Of a stretch of DNA of 64,000 nt, positions 9,289 through 20,189 are shown piece after piece. Location: the NCBI GenBank assembly GCA_002372275.1, contig DFFP01000003.1, positions 17,851 through 81,850 on the forward strand, written 5' to 3'. A model generated the notes under the pieces. That model had not been told where the DNA came from, made no database searches, and saw only the letters and a list, made by a program, of their open reading frames with translations. Position 1 is the first letter of the stretch, and every line of letters starts with the position of its first letter. This DNA is from Alphaproteobacteria bacterium UBA3773 (GTDB lineage: Bacteria > Pseudomonadota > Alphaproteobacteria > RF32 > CAG-239). The position numbers were made by a program, and so were the translations under genes.

Positions 9289-12200
9289 CTACCAACTTGC
9301 AGGGGGTATAATCGTCGCACCGGTTCTTCTTTCTCCATTTACAATCTCAGCCATACGAGGCGTCATCTTATAAACGTAGTAATCTTCTGTATCAGTCGGA
9401 CTGCTGTCTAACGTACAATTGCTATCGCATTCTATGCTAGACTTATTATAAGGAAGAGGACCATTACATTCTGAAACAGGCTTCTTAATACGAAACCAAT
9501 AAGTGGTGCCATAATCAAGCTTGTGTGTAGCAGAAGAATACTTTTGTCCTTCTCCTACACAGTCACCATCCGCAGTACCAAGATCAGCACATTTATTAAC
9601 ATTGCAGTCCCCACTTGGATTTACAAAATTACCTTCCAAAGTAATTTGAAGTTCACCATCACAATTTGCGTTATCGCATACCTGTGCCTCAACACCAACC
9701 ACATTTGTGAATAGGAAGAAGTCATTTTTAACCGGCGTGCAGATATCACCCTCTAGCGTATATCCTTCATCGCAATCTGTAATGTCAGCACCATCACAAA
9801 TACCATGTGCCGGACAATCGTTACATGTGCCGCATGTTCCGTCTGCCACAAAATAGCCTGTTCCTGATCGGCAGTTAGGCCTCCAGCAACCATGTTCAAC
9901 AGATCCTCGATCAGAAGGCAAACACATCGAATTTTCACCAAAATACTTATTAGCTGTATCACATTCGCATTCGATTTCCGTACCTGAACCTACACGAGTA
10001 TTTCTGTCCGCACATCCGGTTTTTTTATAACAAGATGCTGATTCATCAACCCATGAGATTGATGCACTAATTTCTGAAGTTTTATAGTGGCTTCTATGAG
10101 CATCATCTTTGCCTATTTCATTATCTCCTGTACATGGATAAATACATCTCATATTTTTTCCTTTTTCTCCGTTAGTCTGTGTAGCATTTACACAGGACAC
10201 CTTTCGACAATATCCACAACCTGGTATCACAGCCGAAACAGTGGAATTATGATGAGTATAGGCTGCAAGACTATTAGCATGACTAGCGTAAGATTGACCA
10301 CTTATATATGGGGAATCACAGACGTATGCTCCATTATCGAGCGTCAATTCTTCACATTGCAAACTTGTACATCTTCCATCTATGTAATTTTCATTTTTCG
10401 GACAACAATGACCATTAGTTGCGTCATAACCATCATCACATGTGTATTTATAACAGTTTGTTCCTTCAACCGGAGTACAGACATAACCATCTCCAACCGG
10501 ATTATCATGACAAGTTGATGTTGAGTGATAGCTGTTTAAACCTTTATCACTTATATCACCATCTTGAAACTCACATGAGTTCATGTCTGCTGTTGTAATA
10601 TAAAAAGCCATCATATACGAACACTGATCTGAAGAGACATATGAAGTTATATGATACTGATTGGTCAGAATAAATTCATTATATTTATCACCATCATCTG
10701 TAACATTTATATGACCAGCGGGAGAATTTGCACATGCAAAGTCTTTCACTCGATAATATACAGGTCTATTGTTATTATTTGTCTCGGCTTCAATCCTTAT
10801 CGTATCGCCAATATAGGCAAACGCATTGTCTGCCGAAAAATACTGAGTCGAAGCGGAATGTTTACGGCAGTAAGAATTTTTCCCATTCCCCCATATATAT
10901 GCTCCGTTTACAAGAGTAGCACTATCCTTATCCATAGTCTTCTCATGTCCAACGGTTATATCTGTAATTGTAAAATCAGTAATGGTGCTGTCAGTCATAA
11001 CAGAAATACATACCGGTTTTTCAACGCACTTATAATTTTCACTATCCCACATATAATAATGTGTTCCGTTATTATCTGTTGGGTGATAACCAGTATTACA
11101 ACTTATTTTATAGCATTGTCCACTTGTATCCGAGGTTACTACCTCTTCTAAAAGATACATATCTGTTTGATATTCTAAATATCTTGTTGTAGTGCTTAAA
11201 ACATAACTGTCGCCACGCTGCGTACACTGCGCGAGTTCACAATATCCATCCGAATTAGGCAAATATCCTTCTTTGCAATCCAATCTATAGCACGTCAGAT
11301 CATAGTAGCCGCCGCAAGCACCGGTAGACCAACAACGCAGCCGTGATTTTACAGCTGTGCATTTATATCCTGTTGCTGTGCAATGAGGGTCATCTGCTGA
11401 ATTATAGTAGCTGTTAATTCCATCATTCTTTTGATCATTTTCACAAGATCTGCAATCATACATGGTATAACACTGACCATCAGATCCCGTTGCAGTTCCA
11501 TTACTATCTCTGACCTCAAAATAAGCGGGGCAACTTTTCTCATTCTCTAATTTTATTGTCGTTAGATATTGACCGGTTGTCGGTTTTGTATAATAACTTT
11601 TTCCAAATCCTTGGCCTATTTCGTCACAAGTTTTAAGCTCCATAGAAGCTTCAGCTTCAACACTTTCACCTTCCAATCCGAGACTTGCGACATATCTGCC
11701 AGTTATATCCGTTTGTATCGCTTCTTCTTTTTGCTGATTGTTTTTATCATAAGCATGCAAAGCATCTACCGATACGCCAGAAACAAAACTATTTTCCCCT
11801 GAACGATCTGAGCATATTCCTTCTTCGCTACACACTTTGAATGAAGCACTCACCAAAATATCAATTCCGACAGGATTTACATCTTGTGGCCCTTTATAAG
11901 TTGCAGTTCCACTATCTTCCTGTATTTGTCCGGATACAACCCTTGTTTCCGTTCCACTGGCATCAATAGATTGAATAACGCTACCCTTTTCTGCTCTTTG
12001 TGTCGAACCGCTTCCTGTTTCCGTTGTATGGTAAATTTGATATATCAAATCAAATTGACAAGGTGTACCGACATGTGACTCATCACAGCGTCCCAAAGTA
12101 GCATTAACTGTTGCATTTTTGATTTTGAAATTAAATTTCTTTGCTAATTGATAACAAGTCTGCCCTGTTTTCTTCGTGTCTTTAATCTCGGAACATATAA

Positions 12201-13296
12201 CATCATTTTTTGAACAATAACTGTCATTTTGATCTGTATGATAACTTAAAAACTGGTCATCAGCTAAACCGCCGTCTAAATCTTCACATGCTTTTGCGAC
12301 GCAGCGTCCGCATGTGTTATCTTGAACATTTATTGTATCAACAAAATTAAAATAATCTGAATTACATTCATTTCTTGGAACATAAGTTTTCTCACAATTT
12401 TCATCATAAACTTCCGCACATGTCTCGTAAGCTCTACAAGTCCAATACTCGCCAATTTGCGCATCATATATTTTCTGGCATGCTTTTCCTAATGCACAAC
12501 AATTTGCTTCCTCACATGAAGAATATCCTTGTCTGCAGTAACCACATTGATCATTACCAGAAAATTGGTTAATTGGTTGAAAATCACTCTCATCACAATC
12601 TGCTAAATTGGCAAGCGTATCATACCCCTCGGGGCAAGATTCCGGTTCACAGCTGAAAGAAGTTCCAATAATTGATGTAGAATTTTCCTCTCTTATAAAA
12701 GACACAGGAGAAGACATAAAATTCGAATAGACCGAGGCATTTGCTGTTTCTTTGAAACCGGTATTGCATTGCCATTGTGTATAAAAGGGTATACTTTGAC
12801 CGCAAGAGGCAATAGTGATCTGATCGTTAGCTGTAGCATTTTCAGGTAAGACAAAAATAGCTTTTTCGTATTCTTCCTTATACTTTTTCATAACATTAAC
12901 ATAATCAACCTCACATTTACCATAAGTACCTTTTTCGCATTCATCGGAGAGTTTAGCATAATCACCTTTGTTATATTCCGTCCATTTACAAATCTTATCT
13001 TGATTGCAATCGAAGCAGTTTAAACCATGGAAAGAAACGGGGACACACATTTTGCCATTTTCTGGCTTATCAATATCGCTCAACGCACCATCTTCACACT
13101 TATATTGTCTGCACCATATATAGCCCTTGTCGAACGGACATGTTATGTATCCGTCCACACAAGTAATATCCTTCTTAAGTTTATAACCTAAGCTTTCACA
13201 TTCCGGTTTAGGTACGCAATTTCCACCGCACCCTTCATCTGCTGCCATAGCAGCCGGCGCAAACAAAATACAAGCAATTAAGAAAATCTTTTTCAT
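9289..13296 (-). CDS. Giant secreted cysteine-rich protein of 1335 aa with EGF-like C-x-x-GY motifs. Possible adhesin or effector; hypothetical.
   Basis: Signal peptide MKKIFLIACILFAPAAMAADEGCGGNC. Very high Cys, Gly, Tyr, Asp, Asn, Thr and Ser content with recurring C-x(2-4)-C-x(2)-GY-x(n)-C spacing (CYKISCNTGYHPTDNNG..., CYRLDCKEGYLPNSDGYC, CYKYTCDDGYDATNGHCC). The coding region is more AT-rich than the flanking ribosomal genes. Confidence 0.8.
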   Translation of the reverse strand: MKKIFLIACILFAPAAMAADEGCGGNCVPKPECESLGYKLKKDITCVDGYITCPFDKGYIWCRQYKCEDGALSDIDKPENGKMCVPVSFHGLNCFDCNQDKICKWTEYNKGDYAKLSDECEKGTYGKCEVDYVNVMKKYKEEYEKAIFVLPENATANDQITIASCGQSIPFYTQWQCNTGFKETANASVYSNFMSSPVSFIREENSTSIIGTSFSCEPESCPEGYDTLANLADCDESDFQPINQFSGNDQCGYCRQGYSSCEEANCCALGKACQKIYDAQIGEYWTCRAYETCAEVYDENCEKTYVPRNECNSDYFNFVDTINVQDNTCGRCVAKACEDLDGGLADDQFLSYHTDQNDSYCSKNDVICSEIKDTKKTGQTCYQLAKKFNFKIKNATVNATLGRCDESHVGTPCQFDLIYQIYHTTETGSGSTQRAEKGSVIQSIDASGTETRVVSGQIQEDSGTATYKGPQDVNPVGIDILVSASFKVCSEEGICSDRSGENSFVSGVSVDALHAYDKNNQQKEEAIQTDITGRYVASLGLEGESVEAEASMELKTCDEIGQGFGKSYYTKPTTGQYLTTIKLENEKSCPAYFEVRDSNGTATGSDGQCYTMYDCRSCENDQKNDGINSYYNSADDPHCTATGYKCTAVKSRLRCWSTGACGGYYDLTCYRLDCKEGYLPNSDGYCELAQCTQRGDSYVLSTTTRYLEYQTDMYLLEEVVTSDTSGQCYKISCNTGYHPTDNNGTHYYMWDSENYKCVEKPVCISVMTDSTITDFTITDITVGHEKTMDKDSATLVNGAYIWGNGKNSYCRKHSASTQYFSADNAFAYIGDTIRIEAETNNNNRPVYYRVKDFACANSPAGHINVTDDGDKYNEFILTNQYHITSYVSSDQCSYMMAFYITTADMNSCEFQDGDISDKGLNSYHSTSTCHDNPVGDGYVCTPVEGTNCYKYTCDDGYDATNGHCCPKNENYIDGRCTSLQCEELTLDNGAYVCDSPYISGQSYASHANSLAAYTHHNSTVSAVIPGCGYCRKVSCVNATQTNGEKGKNMRCIYPCTGDNEIGKDDAHRSHYKTSEISASISWVDESASCYKKTGCADRNTRVGSGTEIECECDTANKYFGENSMCLPSDRGSVEHGCWRPNCRSGTGYFVADGTCGTCNDCPAHGICDGADITDCDEGYTLEGDICTPVKNDFFLFTNVVGVEAQVCDNANCDGELQITLEGNFVNPSGDCNVNKCADLGTADGDCVGEGQKYSSATHKLDYGTTYWFRIKKPVSECNGPLPYNKSSIECDSNCTLDSSPTDTEDYYVYKMTPRMAEIVNGERRTGATIIPPASW

Positions 13297-13420
13297 ATGG
13301 TTTCTCCGAAGAAAACAGAACTATAGTTATTTAGATTGTACATTTTTTTTTGTATCAAATCAACTCATTTTTTCGAGCATTTTTATGAATTATTTGTTAC
13401 AACAATGCTTTCCTTTTTCT

Positions 13421-13589
13421 GTCATCCCTCGAGGTGCGCGCAAGCGTCACCTCGTCAAGGGATCTAACCCTCAATCGCCCGCGCCTTGGCGCATAAAGGC
13501 GATTCTTCTTTTCTCTCACCCCTGGAATCGCAGATCGGCAAAGCCAACGCCGCAAGATGCAAGCTCAAGGGTCTAACAAAAACGTCATC
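13421..13589. repeat. Modular palindromic repeat, A+B modules
   Basis: gtcatccctcgaggtgcgcgcaagcgtcacctcgtcaagggatctaaccctcaatcgcccgcgccttggcgcataaaggcgattc followed by cccctggaatcgcagatcggcaaagccaacgccgcaagatgcaagctcaagggtctaacaaaaacgtcatc. Near-identical to 8985-9215. The ORF at 13385-13576 in the track lies inside this repeat. Confidence 0.8.
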
Positions 13590-13623
13590 TAAGAGGAACG
13601 CCGAAAGGCGCAATTTTCCTTAT

Positions 13624-13660
13624 AAAAAAACGCGCCCCTAAAATCAGAGCGCGCTTTTTT
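13624..13660. terminator. Bidirectional intrinsic terminator at the 3' end of rplO and the spc-operon block
   Basis: aaaaaaacgcgcc-cctaaaatcaga-gcgcgctttttt: a GC stem flanked by an A-run and a T-run. Confidence 0.55.
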
Positions 13661-13679
13661 ATTGTTTTAAGCGTTCAGT

Positions 13680-14144
13680 TTATTTCACAAAATTCACTTT
13701 ACCGCCGGCTTTTTCAACAGCTTCAACAGCTGCTTTCGAAGCGGAGTTCACCGTGATATTCACTGCACTTGTAATGGCGCCGTTTGCAAGCAATCTGACA
13801 CCATCTAACTTTTTGGTGACCAAACGTGCAGCCAAAAGCGAATCGATTGTAATTTCGCTGGCATTTAACTTACCGGCATCAATTGCTTTTTGAATACGAT
13901 CCAAGTTAACCACGGCAAAGTGTGTTGAAAACGGATTTTTAAAACCGTGCTTCGGAAGCTGACGATAAATCGGCATCTGTCCGCCTTGAAAACCCTGAAC
14001 AGAAGCGCCGGAACGAGCCTTCTGACCCTTCTGACCGCGCGCTGAGGTTTTACCCTTACCGCTTCCGATACCGCGACCAACGCGAATGCGATTCTTTGTC
14101 GCGCCCGGATTATCATGTAATTCATTCAGTTTCATTTTTTTCAC
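13680..14144 (-). CDS. rplO: 50S ribosomal protein L15
   Basis: [43 protein letters not shown] is the L15 signature. Confidence 0.9.
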   Translation of the reverse strand: MKKMKLNELHDNPGATKNRIRVGRGIGSGKGKTSARGQKGQKARSGASVQGFQGGQMPIYRQLPKHGFKNPFSTHFAVVNLDRIQKAIDAGKLNASEITIDSLLAARLVTKKLDGVRLLANGAITSAVNITVNSASKAAVEAVEKAGGKVNFVK

Positions 14145-14288
14145 CTAATTTTCTAATTTTTCAACGTGTTAAAGTTTCATCAATGTTCTTGGCAAAAGGG
14201 GCATGCTACGCAGTTATTTTCGAACGCCGTGTAGGCAAAAGCTACACAAGTGAAAAAATGACAAGTATGATGCCCCTTTTCACAAGAA

Positions 14289-14474
14289 CTATTCTTCAAC
14301 TTTGACGAGGTGGCTGACCTTCTTAATCATGCCGCGAATGGAAGGTGTATCTTCCAAAACGCGTGTACGATTGATTTTGTTTAAGCCAAGACCGATTAAA
14401 GTTGCTCTTTGCGTATCGGGTTTACCGATAGGACTTGCAATTTGCGTTACCTTAATTGTTTTCTTACTACTCAT
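14289..14474 (-). CDS. rpmD: 50S ribosomal protein L30
   Basis: 61 aa, [44 protein letters not shown]. Confidence 0.85.
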   Translation of the reverse strand: MSSKKTIKVTQIASPIGKPDTQRATLIGLGLNKINRTRVLEDTPSIRGMIKKVSHLVKVEE

Positions 14475-15048
14475 TGATCAAGGCCTCCTCTTTTTCGAGT
14501 TTATTTGCAGTCGAGTATTCACGACGGCTGACAATGTCACCCACTTTTTTACCGCGTTTGGCAGCAACCATGCGCGGTGAATTGATAGATTCCAAAGCGT
14601 TAAATGTTGCTTTAATCATGTTATAAGGGTTGTTAGAACCCAAAGATTTTGCAACAACGTCTTGAACGCCCAAGGCTTCAAAAACGGCACGCATCGGGCC
14701 GCCGGCGATCACACCGGTACCGGCAGGAGCCGTTCTTAAAACGACTTTTCCTGCGCCGTATCTGCCGTGAACATCATGGTGCAAAGTGCGACCTTCACGA
14801 AGCGGAATACGAACCATATTCTTTTTTGCTTCATTTGTTGCCTTTGTCACGGCTTCCGGAACTTCGGATGCCTTGCCTGAACCATAACCGACGCGACCTT
14901 TACCGTCACCCACAACCACAACGGCTGCAAATGACATTGTGCGTCCGCCTTTAACGGTTTTAGCCACTCTGTTAACATGAACGAGCTTTTCAACCAATTC
15001 TTCGGTTTTTTCAGCTCTTTCTTTTTTATTTTGACGATCAAAAGCCAT
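14467..15048 (-). CDS. rpsE: 30S ribosomal protein S5
   Basis: [43 protein letters not shown] is the S5 signature. Confidence 0.9.
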   Translation of the reverse strand: MAFDRQNKKERAEKTEELVEKLVHVNRVAKTVKGGRTMSFAAVVVVGDGKGRVGYGSGKASEVPEAVTKATNEAKKNMVRIPLREGRTLHHDVHGRYGAGKVVLRTAPAGTGVIAGGPMRAVFEALGVQDVVAKSLGSNNPYNMIKATFNALESINSPRMVAAKRGKKVGDIVSRREYSTANKLEKEEALINE

Positions 15049-15058
15049 CTTTTACCTC

Positions 15059-15424
15059 CTAGAATTTCAATCCGGCTTCGCGTGCACCATCGGCCAAGGC
15101 CTTCACACGTCCGTGATAGATGTAGCCACCTCTGTCGAAGATAACTTCACTTACGCCGGACTTTTGAGCACGTTCAGCAATGAGTTTACCAATGAAGCTT
15201 GCTGCTTCAATTGTCGATGTCTTTTTCAAAGAACTGCGTGCTTCTTTATCAAGTGTCGAAGCAGAGGCGAGTGTCATACCTTTAACATCGTCAATAACTT
15301 GTGCGTAGATATGCTTTCCGCTTTTGAAAACGGACAATCTGACTTTACCGTTTGCAGCGTTTTTCAAAGCTGTTCTGACGCGGGCTTTTCTTTTTTCAAA
15401 CAATTTTCTTGGTGTATTATTCAT
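15059..15424 (-). CDS. rplR: 50S ribosomal protein L18
   Basis: 121 aa. Position between rplF and rpsE, and the [18 protein letters not shown] motif. Confidence 0.85.
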   Translation of the reverse strand: MNNTPRKLFEKRKARVRTALKNAANGKVRLSVFKSGKHIYAQVIDDVKGMTLASASTLDKEARSSLKKTSTIEAASFIGKLIAERAQKSGVSEVIFDRGGYIYHGRVKALADGAREAGLKF

Positions 15425-15437
15425 TTGAATTTATCCC

Positions 15438-15977
15438 TTATTTTTTCTTGCCTTCTTTGCGGCGGATATATTCGTTTTCATATTTGACACCTTTACCTTT
15501 ATAAGGTTCAGGTTTACGATATTTACGAATTTCAGCAGCCGTTTGACCGACAAGTTGTTTATCAGCACCGAAAATTTTGATTTGTGTCGGTGATTCGCAA
15601 GAAATTTTAACTCCTTGCGGCACATCAAAGTTCACATCATGTGAAAAACCGAGAGAAAGAACGAGTTTAGCGGTTCCTTCCATTCTGGCTTTGTAACCGA
15701 CGCCGACGAGTTCCAAATTTTTTGTATACCCGTCATGAACACCTTTAACGAGGTTATTGATGTTGGCTCTTGTTGTTCCCCATAATGTGCGCGACTGAAT
15801 GCTTTCAGATAAAGCACTGACAACAATTTGATTATTCTCGACCTTTGTTGCCACATGAGATGCATCAAATGAGCAACAAAGTTCACCTAATTTTCCTTTA
15901 ACGGTTACGACGTTGTCTTTAACTTCAACAGTCACACCTTCAGGAATATTAATCGGATATTTTCCAACTCTTGACAT
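15438..15977 (-). CDS. rplF: 50S ribosomal protein L6
   Basis: MSRVGKYPINIPEGVTVEVKDNVVTVKGKLGEL. Start placed at the internal Met of the longer track ORF 15438-16040. Confidence 0.85.
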   Translation of the reverse strand: MSRVGKYPINIPEGVTVEVKDNVVTVKGKLGELCCSFDASHVATKVENNQIVVSALSESIQSRTLWGTTRANINNLVKGVHDGYTKNLELVGVGYKARMEGTAKLVLSLGFSHDVNFDVPQGVKISCESPTQIKIFGADKQLVGQTAAEIRKYRKPEPYKGKGVKYENEYIRRKEGKKK

Positions 15978-15987
15978 TGTGATTCTC

Positions 15988-16386
15988 CTAAAATACCTGA
16001 CAAAGAATTTCACCGCCGACGCCGGCTTTGCGAGCTTCATTATCGCTCATCACGCCTTGAGGTGTCGAAACAATAGAAATTCCCAGACCGTTATAAACTC
16101 TCGGCAAATCTTTCACGCTTGAATAAACGCGACGACCCGGAGTTGAAACACGGTAAATTTCCGTTATAACCGCAGTACCTTCATGGTACTTTAATTTAAT
16201 ATGAAGTTCATTAACGCCGGGCTTAACATTAACTTTTTCATAGCCGTTGATGTAGCCTTCTTTTTTCAAAACTTCTAACACATTTTCACGCAAATTGGAA
16301 GCAGGTGATACAACATCACTTTTCTTCGCTCTTTGTGCGTTTCTGATGCGTGTGAGCATATCGCCCAATGGATCAGTCATAGACAT
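15988..16386 (-). CDS. rpsH: 30S ribosomal protein S8
   Basis: 132 aa, [22 protein letters not shown]. Confidence 0.9.
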   Translation of the reverse strand: MSMTDPLGDMLTRIRNAQRAKKSDVVSPASNLRENVLEVLKKEGYINGYEKVNVKPGVNELHIKLKYHEGTAVITEIYRVSTPGRRVYSSVKDLPRVYNGLGISIVSTPQGVMSDNEARKAGVGGEILCQVF

Positions 16387-16401
16387 GATATAATATCCTC
16401 C

Positions 16402-16707
16402 TTACCAACTTGATTTAACCAAACCGGGAATTTCGCCAAAGCTTGCCAAATCTCTGAGTTCGACACGGCTCAAGCCGAATTTCCGATAATAACTACGTGA
16501 ACGTCCCGTTAATTTGCAACGGTTTCTCACTCTGATTTTTGCCGAATTACGCGGCATAGAAGCAAGTTTCAATGTTGCTTGGAAACGTTCTTCCGGAGAA
16601 GCGGATTTATCCATCACAACTTCTTTTAATTTCGAGCGACGGTTAGCATATTTCTCAGCTAATTTCACTCTTTTCAAGTTTCTATAAACCGAACTTGTTT
16701 TTGACAT
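16402..16707 (-). CDS. rpsN: 30S ribosomal protein S14
   Basis: 101 aa with the conserved C-terminus [41 protein letters not shown]. Confidence 0.9.
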   Translation of the reverse strand: MSKTSSVYRNLKRVKLAEKYANRRSKLKEVVMDKSASPEERFQATLKLASMPRNSAKIRVRNRCKLTGRSRSYYRKFGLSRVELRDLASFGEIPGLVKSSW

Positions 16708-16721
16708 ATTCTCTCCTCCGA

Positions 16722-17261
16722 TTATTTCTTGTAAGGAACGTTAAATGCTGAGAGCAGATATTCTGCTTCTTCATTTGTTTTAGCCGATGTGCAAATCACA
16801 ATATCAAGACCTCTGATATCATCGATTTTTTCATAGTCGATTTCAGGGAAAATGATTTGTTCTTTGATACCGAAGGCAAAGTTGCCTTTTCCGTCAAAGT
16901 TTTTGCCTGTAATACCATGAAAATCTCTGATTCGGGGCAAAGCGATATTGACCAGTCTTTCCAAAAATTCATACATTTTTGCGCGACGTAATGTCACTTT
17001 GCAACCGATCGGCATACCTTCTCTTAATTTGAAAGTAGCGATTGATTTTCTGGCCCTGGTTTCAACAGGTTTTTGACCTGCAATCAAACCAAGTTCTTCC
17101 ATGGCCGTGTTCAGTTTTTTCTTATCAGCAACGGCAGCGCCGACGCCCATATTCAAAACGATTTTCGTCAGCTTCGGAATCTCGTGTGGATTCTTGTAAC
17201 CGAATTTTTCCACAAGAGATTTCTTTATGACGTCTTTATATAAAGTTTCAAAATTTGCCAT
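16722..17261 (-). CDS. rplE: 50S ribosomal protein L5
   Basis: 179 aa. [19 protein letters not shown] and the [12 protein letters not shown] motif. Confidence 0.9.
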   Translation of the reverse strand: MANFETLYKDVIKKSLVEKFGYKNPHEIPKLTKIVLNMGVGAAVADKKKLNTAMEELGLIAGQKPVETRARKSIATFKLREGMPIGCKVTLRRAKMYEFLERLVNIALPRIRDFHGITGKNFDGKGNFAFGIKEQIIFPEIDYEKIDDIRGLDIVICTSAKTNEEAEYLLSAFNVPYKK

Positions 17262-17272
17262 AAAATTTTCTC

Positions 17273-17584
17273 CTATTTATCGATTACTTCACCGGTTTTG
17301 CGTGCCACGCGAACCTTTGTGCCTTTATCGTTCTTAAAGCCGACTTTACTCGGTTTACCGTTTGAAACGATGGCAACATTCGATACATGAATGGCGGCTT
17401 CTTTTGAAACGATACCACCTGCGCTTTGTTGGCTCGGTTTGGTATGACGTTTCACAAGGTTAACGCCCGAAACGACGACTTTGCTTTCTTTTGGCATAGC
17501 TTTTAAGACTTCGCCTGTTTTGCCTTTGTCATCGCCGGAAATGATGATAACCTGGTCACCTTTTTTAATTTTCATTTTGGGCAT
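17273..17584 (-). CDS. rplX: 50S ribosomal protein L24
   Basis: 103 aa. [24 protein letters not shown] is a KOW motif. Confidence 0.9.
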   Translation of the reverse strand: MPKMKIKKGDQVIIISGDDKGKTGEVLKAMPKESKVVVSGVNLVKRHTKPSQQSAGGIVSKEAAIHVSNVAIVSNGKPSKVGFKNDKGTKVRVARKTGEVIDK

Positions 17585-17952
17585 TACAATACCTCCGGTG
17601 CTAATGAAATGATTTTCATAAATTTCTTTGTGCGCAGTTCACGAGTGACGGGGCCGAAAATACGTGTTCCGACCGGTTCACCGTCTTTATCGATAATCAC
17701 TGCAGCATTGCTGTCAAAACGGATGACGCTGCCGTCTTTACGTCTGATGTCGCTGGCCGTTCTAACGATAACGGCTTTGCATACATCACCTTTTTTAACG
17801 CGTCCTTTCGGGAGTGCGTCTTTAACGGAAACAACAATCACATCACCCACTGTTGCATGCATTCTCTTGGACCCACCAAGAACTTTGATGCACTGCACCT
17901 GACGGGCGCCGGAATTATCGGCGACATCAAGGTTGGTTTGCATTTGTATCAT
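17584..17952 (-). CDS. rplN: 50S ribosomal protein L14
   Basis: [30 protein letters not shown]. Confidence 0.9.
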   Translation of the reverse strand: MIQMQTNLDVADNSGARQVQCIKVLGGSKRMHATVGDVIVVSVKDALPKGRVKKGDVCKAVIVRTASDIRRKDGSVIRFDSNAAVIIDKDGEPVGTRIFGPVTRELRTKKFMKIISLAPEVL

Positions 17953-17972
17953 ATTCGTCTTCCTTTACTTTA

Positions 17973-18209
17973 TTAAGCGTTGGCGGTAACTACAGTCCAT
18001 TTTTTGGTTTTTGAATAAGGTTTCGATTCAATAATCGAAACATTATCCCCAACCTTGAACTGATTGTTTTCATCGTGAGCGGCATATTTTTTGCTCTTCT
18101 TCACGAATTTTTTATAAACGGGATGCATCACCTGACGCTCTACACTGACCACGACGGTTTTATCCCCTTTATCGCTTACCACAACACCTTGAAGAATACG
18201 TTTAGGCAT
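17973..18209 (-). CDS. rpsQ: 30S ribosomal protein S17
   Basis: 78 aa, [37 protein letters not shown]. Confidence 0.9.
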   Translation of the reverse strand: MPKRILQGVVVSDKGDKTVVVSVERQVMHPVYKKFVKKSKKYAAHDENNQFKVGDNVSIIESKPYSKTKKWTVVTANA

Positions 18210-18220
18210 ATTATTTTCTC

Positions 18221-18418
18221 CTAATTGTTCTTTTGGCGCTCTGATATGAGCGTGTTGATTCGAGCTGCCTCACGACGAACTTTGCGAATGCTCGCGGTAT
18301 TCGTCAATTGGCCTGTTGATTGTTGAATACGCAAATTAAACTGTTCTTTTTTGTTTTCGTTTAATTTCGTCTCAAGCTCATCAAGACTTAATGCTCTTAA
18401 ATCTTTAGTTTTAACCAT
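18221..18418 (-). CDS. rpmC: 50S ribosomal protein L29
   Basis: 65 aa, [26 protein letters not shown]. Confidence 0.85.
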   Translation of the reverse strand: MVKTKDLRALSLDELETKLNENKKEQFNLRIQQSTGQLTNTASIRKVRREAARINTLISERQKNN

Positions 18419-18846
18419 TATGCTTCTCCTTTTTGGCTATTCAAGCGTTTAACAAATTTGCTCTTAACGGGCAATTTGGCAGCACCCAAAGCAAATGCAC
18501 GGCGAGCGACACTTTCATCAATGCCTTTCGCTTCGAACATAATGCGTCCGGGTTTTACTCTTGCAACCCAAAATTCGACAGCACCTTTACCTTTACCCAT
18601 ACGAACCTCAGCGGGTTTATCCGACACAGGAACATCAGGAAAGATACGGATCCACAGCTTACCAAGTCTTTTCATTTCACGGGTAATCGCACGACGAGCT
18701 GCCTCAATTTGGCGAGCCGTAATACGTTCCGGTGTCAAAGCTTTCAAGCCGTAATCACCTAAATTTAATGTGTATCCGCCTTTGGCTTGGCCGTGAATAC
18801 GACCTTTGTGCTGTTTGCGGAATTTCAAACGTTTTGGACTTAACAT
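18418..18846 (-). CDS. rplP: 50S ribosomal protein L16
   Basis: [24 protein letters not shown]. Confidence 0.9.
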   Translation of the reverse strand: MLSPKRLKFRKQHKGRIHGQAKGGYTLNLGDYGLKALTPERITARQIEAARRAITREMKRLGKLWIRIFPDVPVSDKPAEVRMGKGKGAVEFWVARVKPGRIMFEAKGIDESVARRAFALGAAKLPVKSKFVKRLNSQKGEA

Positions 18847-18859
18847 TTCACAACCTCAC

Positions 18860-19528
18860 TTACTTCTGTTCTGAAAACTTTTTGTCCTGCGCCATCGGAT
18901 CGTGAGCCATAATTTCGCCCTTATAGATCCAAACTTTTACGCCGCAGGCACCATAAGTTGTATGTGCCGTTGAGGTAGCATAGTCAATATCTGCACGAAG
19001 TGTGTGCAAGGGCACTCTTCCTTCGCGATAATGTTCGGTTCTTGCAATTTCAGCACCGCCTAAACGACCGCTGCAGCTGACCTTAATACCTTCTGCGCCC
19101 AAACGAAGAGCAGATTGCATCACGCGTTTCATAGCTCTTCTGAAAGCGACACGACGTTCAAGCTGAGCAGCAACCGAATCGGCCACCAACTTAGCGTCAA
19201 GTTCAGGTTTTCTGACTTCCAAAATGTTTAATTGTACTTCGGAAGATGTCAATTTTTGAATAGATTTGCGTAAAGCTTCAATATCTTGACCTTTCTTACC
19301 GATCACAATACCTGGTCTTGCAGACAAAATTGTCACTCTGGCTTTTTTGGCAGGGCGTTCGATAATAATTTTGCTCACACCGGCCTGAGCCAATTTTTCT
19401 TTCAAGAATTTTTTAATTTTTAAATCTTCATGCAAGTAGTCTGTGAATTTTTCATCAGCATACCAGCGGGAATCCCAAGTACGGTTAACTCCCAAACGAA
19501 GACTTGTCGGGTTTACTTTCTGTCCCAT
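18860..19528 (-). CDS. rpsC: 30S ribosomal protein S3
   Basis: [24 protein letters not shown] with KH and S3-C domains. Start trimmed from the track ORF 18860-19558. Confidence 0.9.
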   Translation of the reverse strand: MGQKVNPTSLRLGVNRTWDSRWYADEKFTDYLHEDLKIKKFLKEKLAQAGVSKIIIERPAKKARVTILSARPGIVIGKKGQDIEALRKSIQKLTSSEVQLNILEVRKPELDAKLVADSVAAQLERRVAFRRAMKRVMQSALRLGAEGIKVSCSGRLGGAEIARTEHYREGRVPLHTLRADIDYATSTAHTTYGACGVKVWIYKGEIMAHDPMAQDKKFSEQK

Positions 19529-19532
19529 GTAC

Positions 19533-19892
19533 TTACTCCTCACGCTCGGCGACAACAACGGTCACAGATGAAAACGGCTTCAAAACTCTGGCGCCTCTTC
19601 CTCTGCCCCTTGCGTGCATACGTTTCATAACAAGCCCTTTACCGACATAAGCTTCACGAACGGTGAGCTTATCGATATTGAGCCCATGGTTATTTTCGGC
19701 ATTAGCAATCGCACTTTTCACGACTTGCAATACCACATTAGCTACTCTTCTTTTTGAGAAAGTGAGTTCAGCAATTGCCTTCTCTGCACTTTTGCCGCGA
19801 ATAAGAGCTGCAACCAAGTTTAATTTTCTCGGGCTTGTTCTAATTGAGCGACAAATAGCTGTTGCTGTTTTTGTTTGATTTGTATTAGGCAT
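19533..19892 (-). CDS. rplV: 50S ribosomal protein L22
   Basis: The track ORF extends upstream across rpsS. The 119-aa form starting at [39 protein letters not shown] is L22-like and abuts the rpsS stop. Confidence 0.85.
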   Translation of the reverse strand: MPNTNQTKTATAICRSIRTSPRKLNLVAALIRGKSAEKAIAELTFSKRRVANVVLQVVKSAIANAENNHGLNIDKLTVREAYVGKGLVMKRMHARGRGRGARVLKPFSSVTVVVAEREE

Positions 19893-19893
19893 T

Positions 19894-20178
19894 TTACTTT
19901 CCACCTTTCTTAGCTGTCTTGTCAGCGGCATGTCCGTAGAATGTACGCGTCGGCGCAAATTCACCAAACTTATGGCCAACCATATCTTCAGTGACAAGAA
20001 CCGGAATAAATTTATGTCCGTTATGAACACCGAATGTTAAACCAACAAATTGCGGCAACATCGTCGAGTGACGTGACCAAATTTTAATCACTTCATTACG
20101 ACCCGAAGCTCTGGCTGCATCAGCTTTTTTCAAGAGATAGCCGTCTACAAAAGGTCCTTTCCATACAGAACGTGTCAT
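19894..20178 (-). CDS. rpsS: 30S ribosomal protein S19
   Basis: 94 aa, [18 protein letters not shown]...[32 protein letters not shown]. Confidence 0.9.
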   Translation of the reverse strand: MTRSVWKGPFVDGYLLKKADAARASGRNEVIKIWSRHSTMLPQFVGLTFGVHNGHKFIPVLVTEDMVGHKFGEFAPTRTFYGHAADKTAKKGGK

Positions 20179-20189
20179 TAGCTTTCTCC

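Noticed and set aside
9523-12572. Plus-strand ORFs (for example 10087-10518 and 10651-11151) inside the giant Cys-rich gene
   Set aside because: Antisense to a 4-kb continuous ORF. Their composition (Ile/Ser/Thr/Cys-rich) mirrors the AT-rich antisense strand of the Cys-rich gene.
13385-13576. Track ORF 13385-13576(+)
   Set aside because: It falls wholly within a copy of the dispersed A+B repeat element. The same would-be peptide would recur at every repeat copy.
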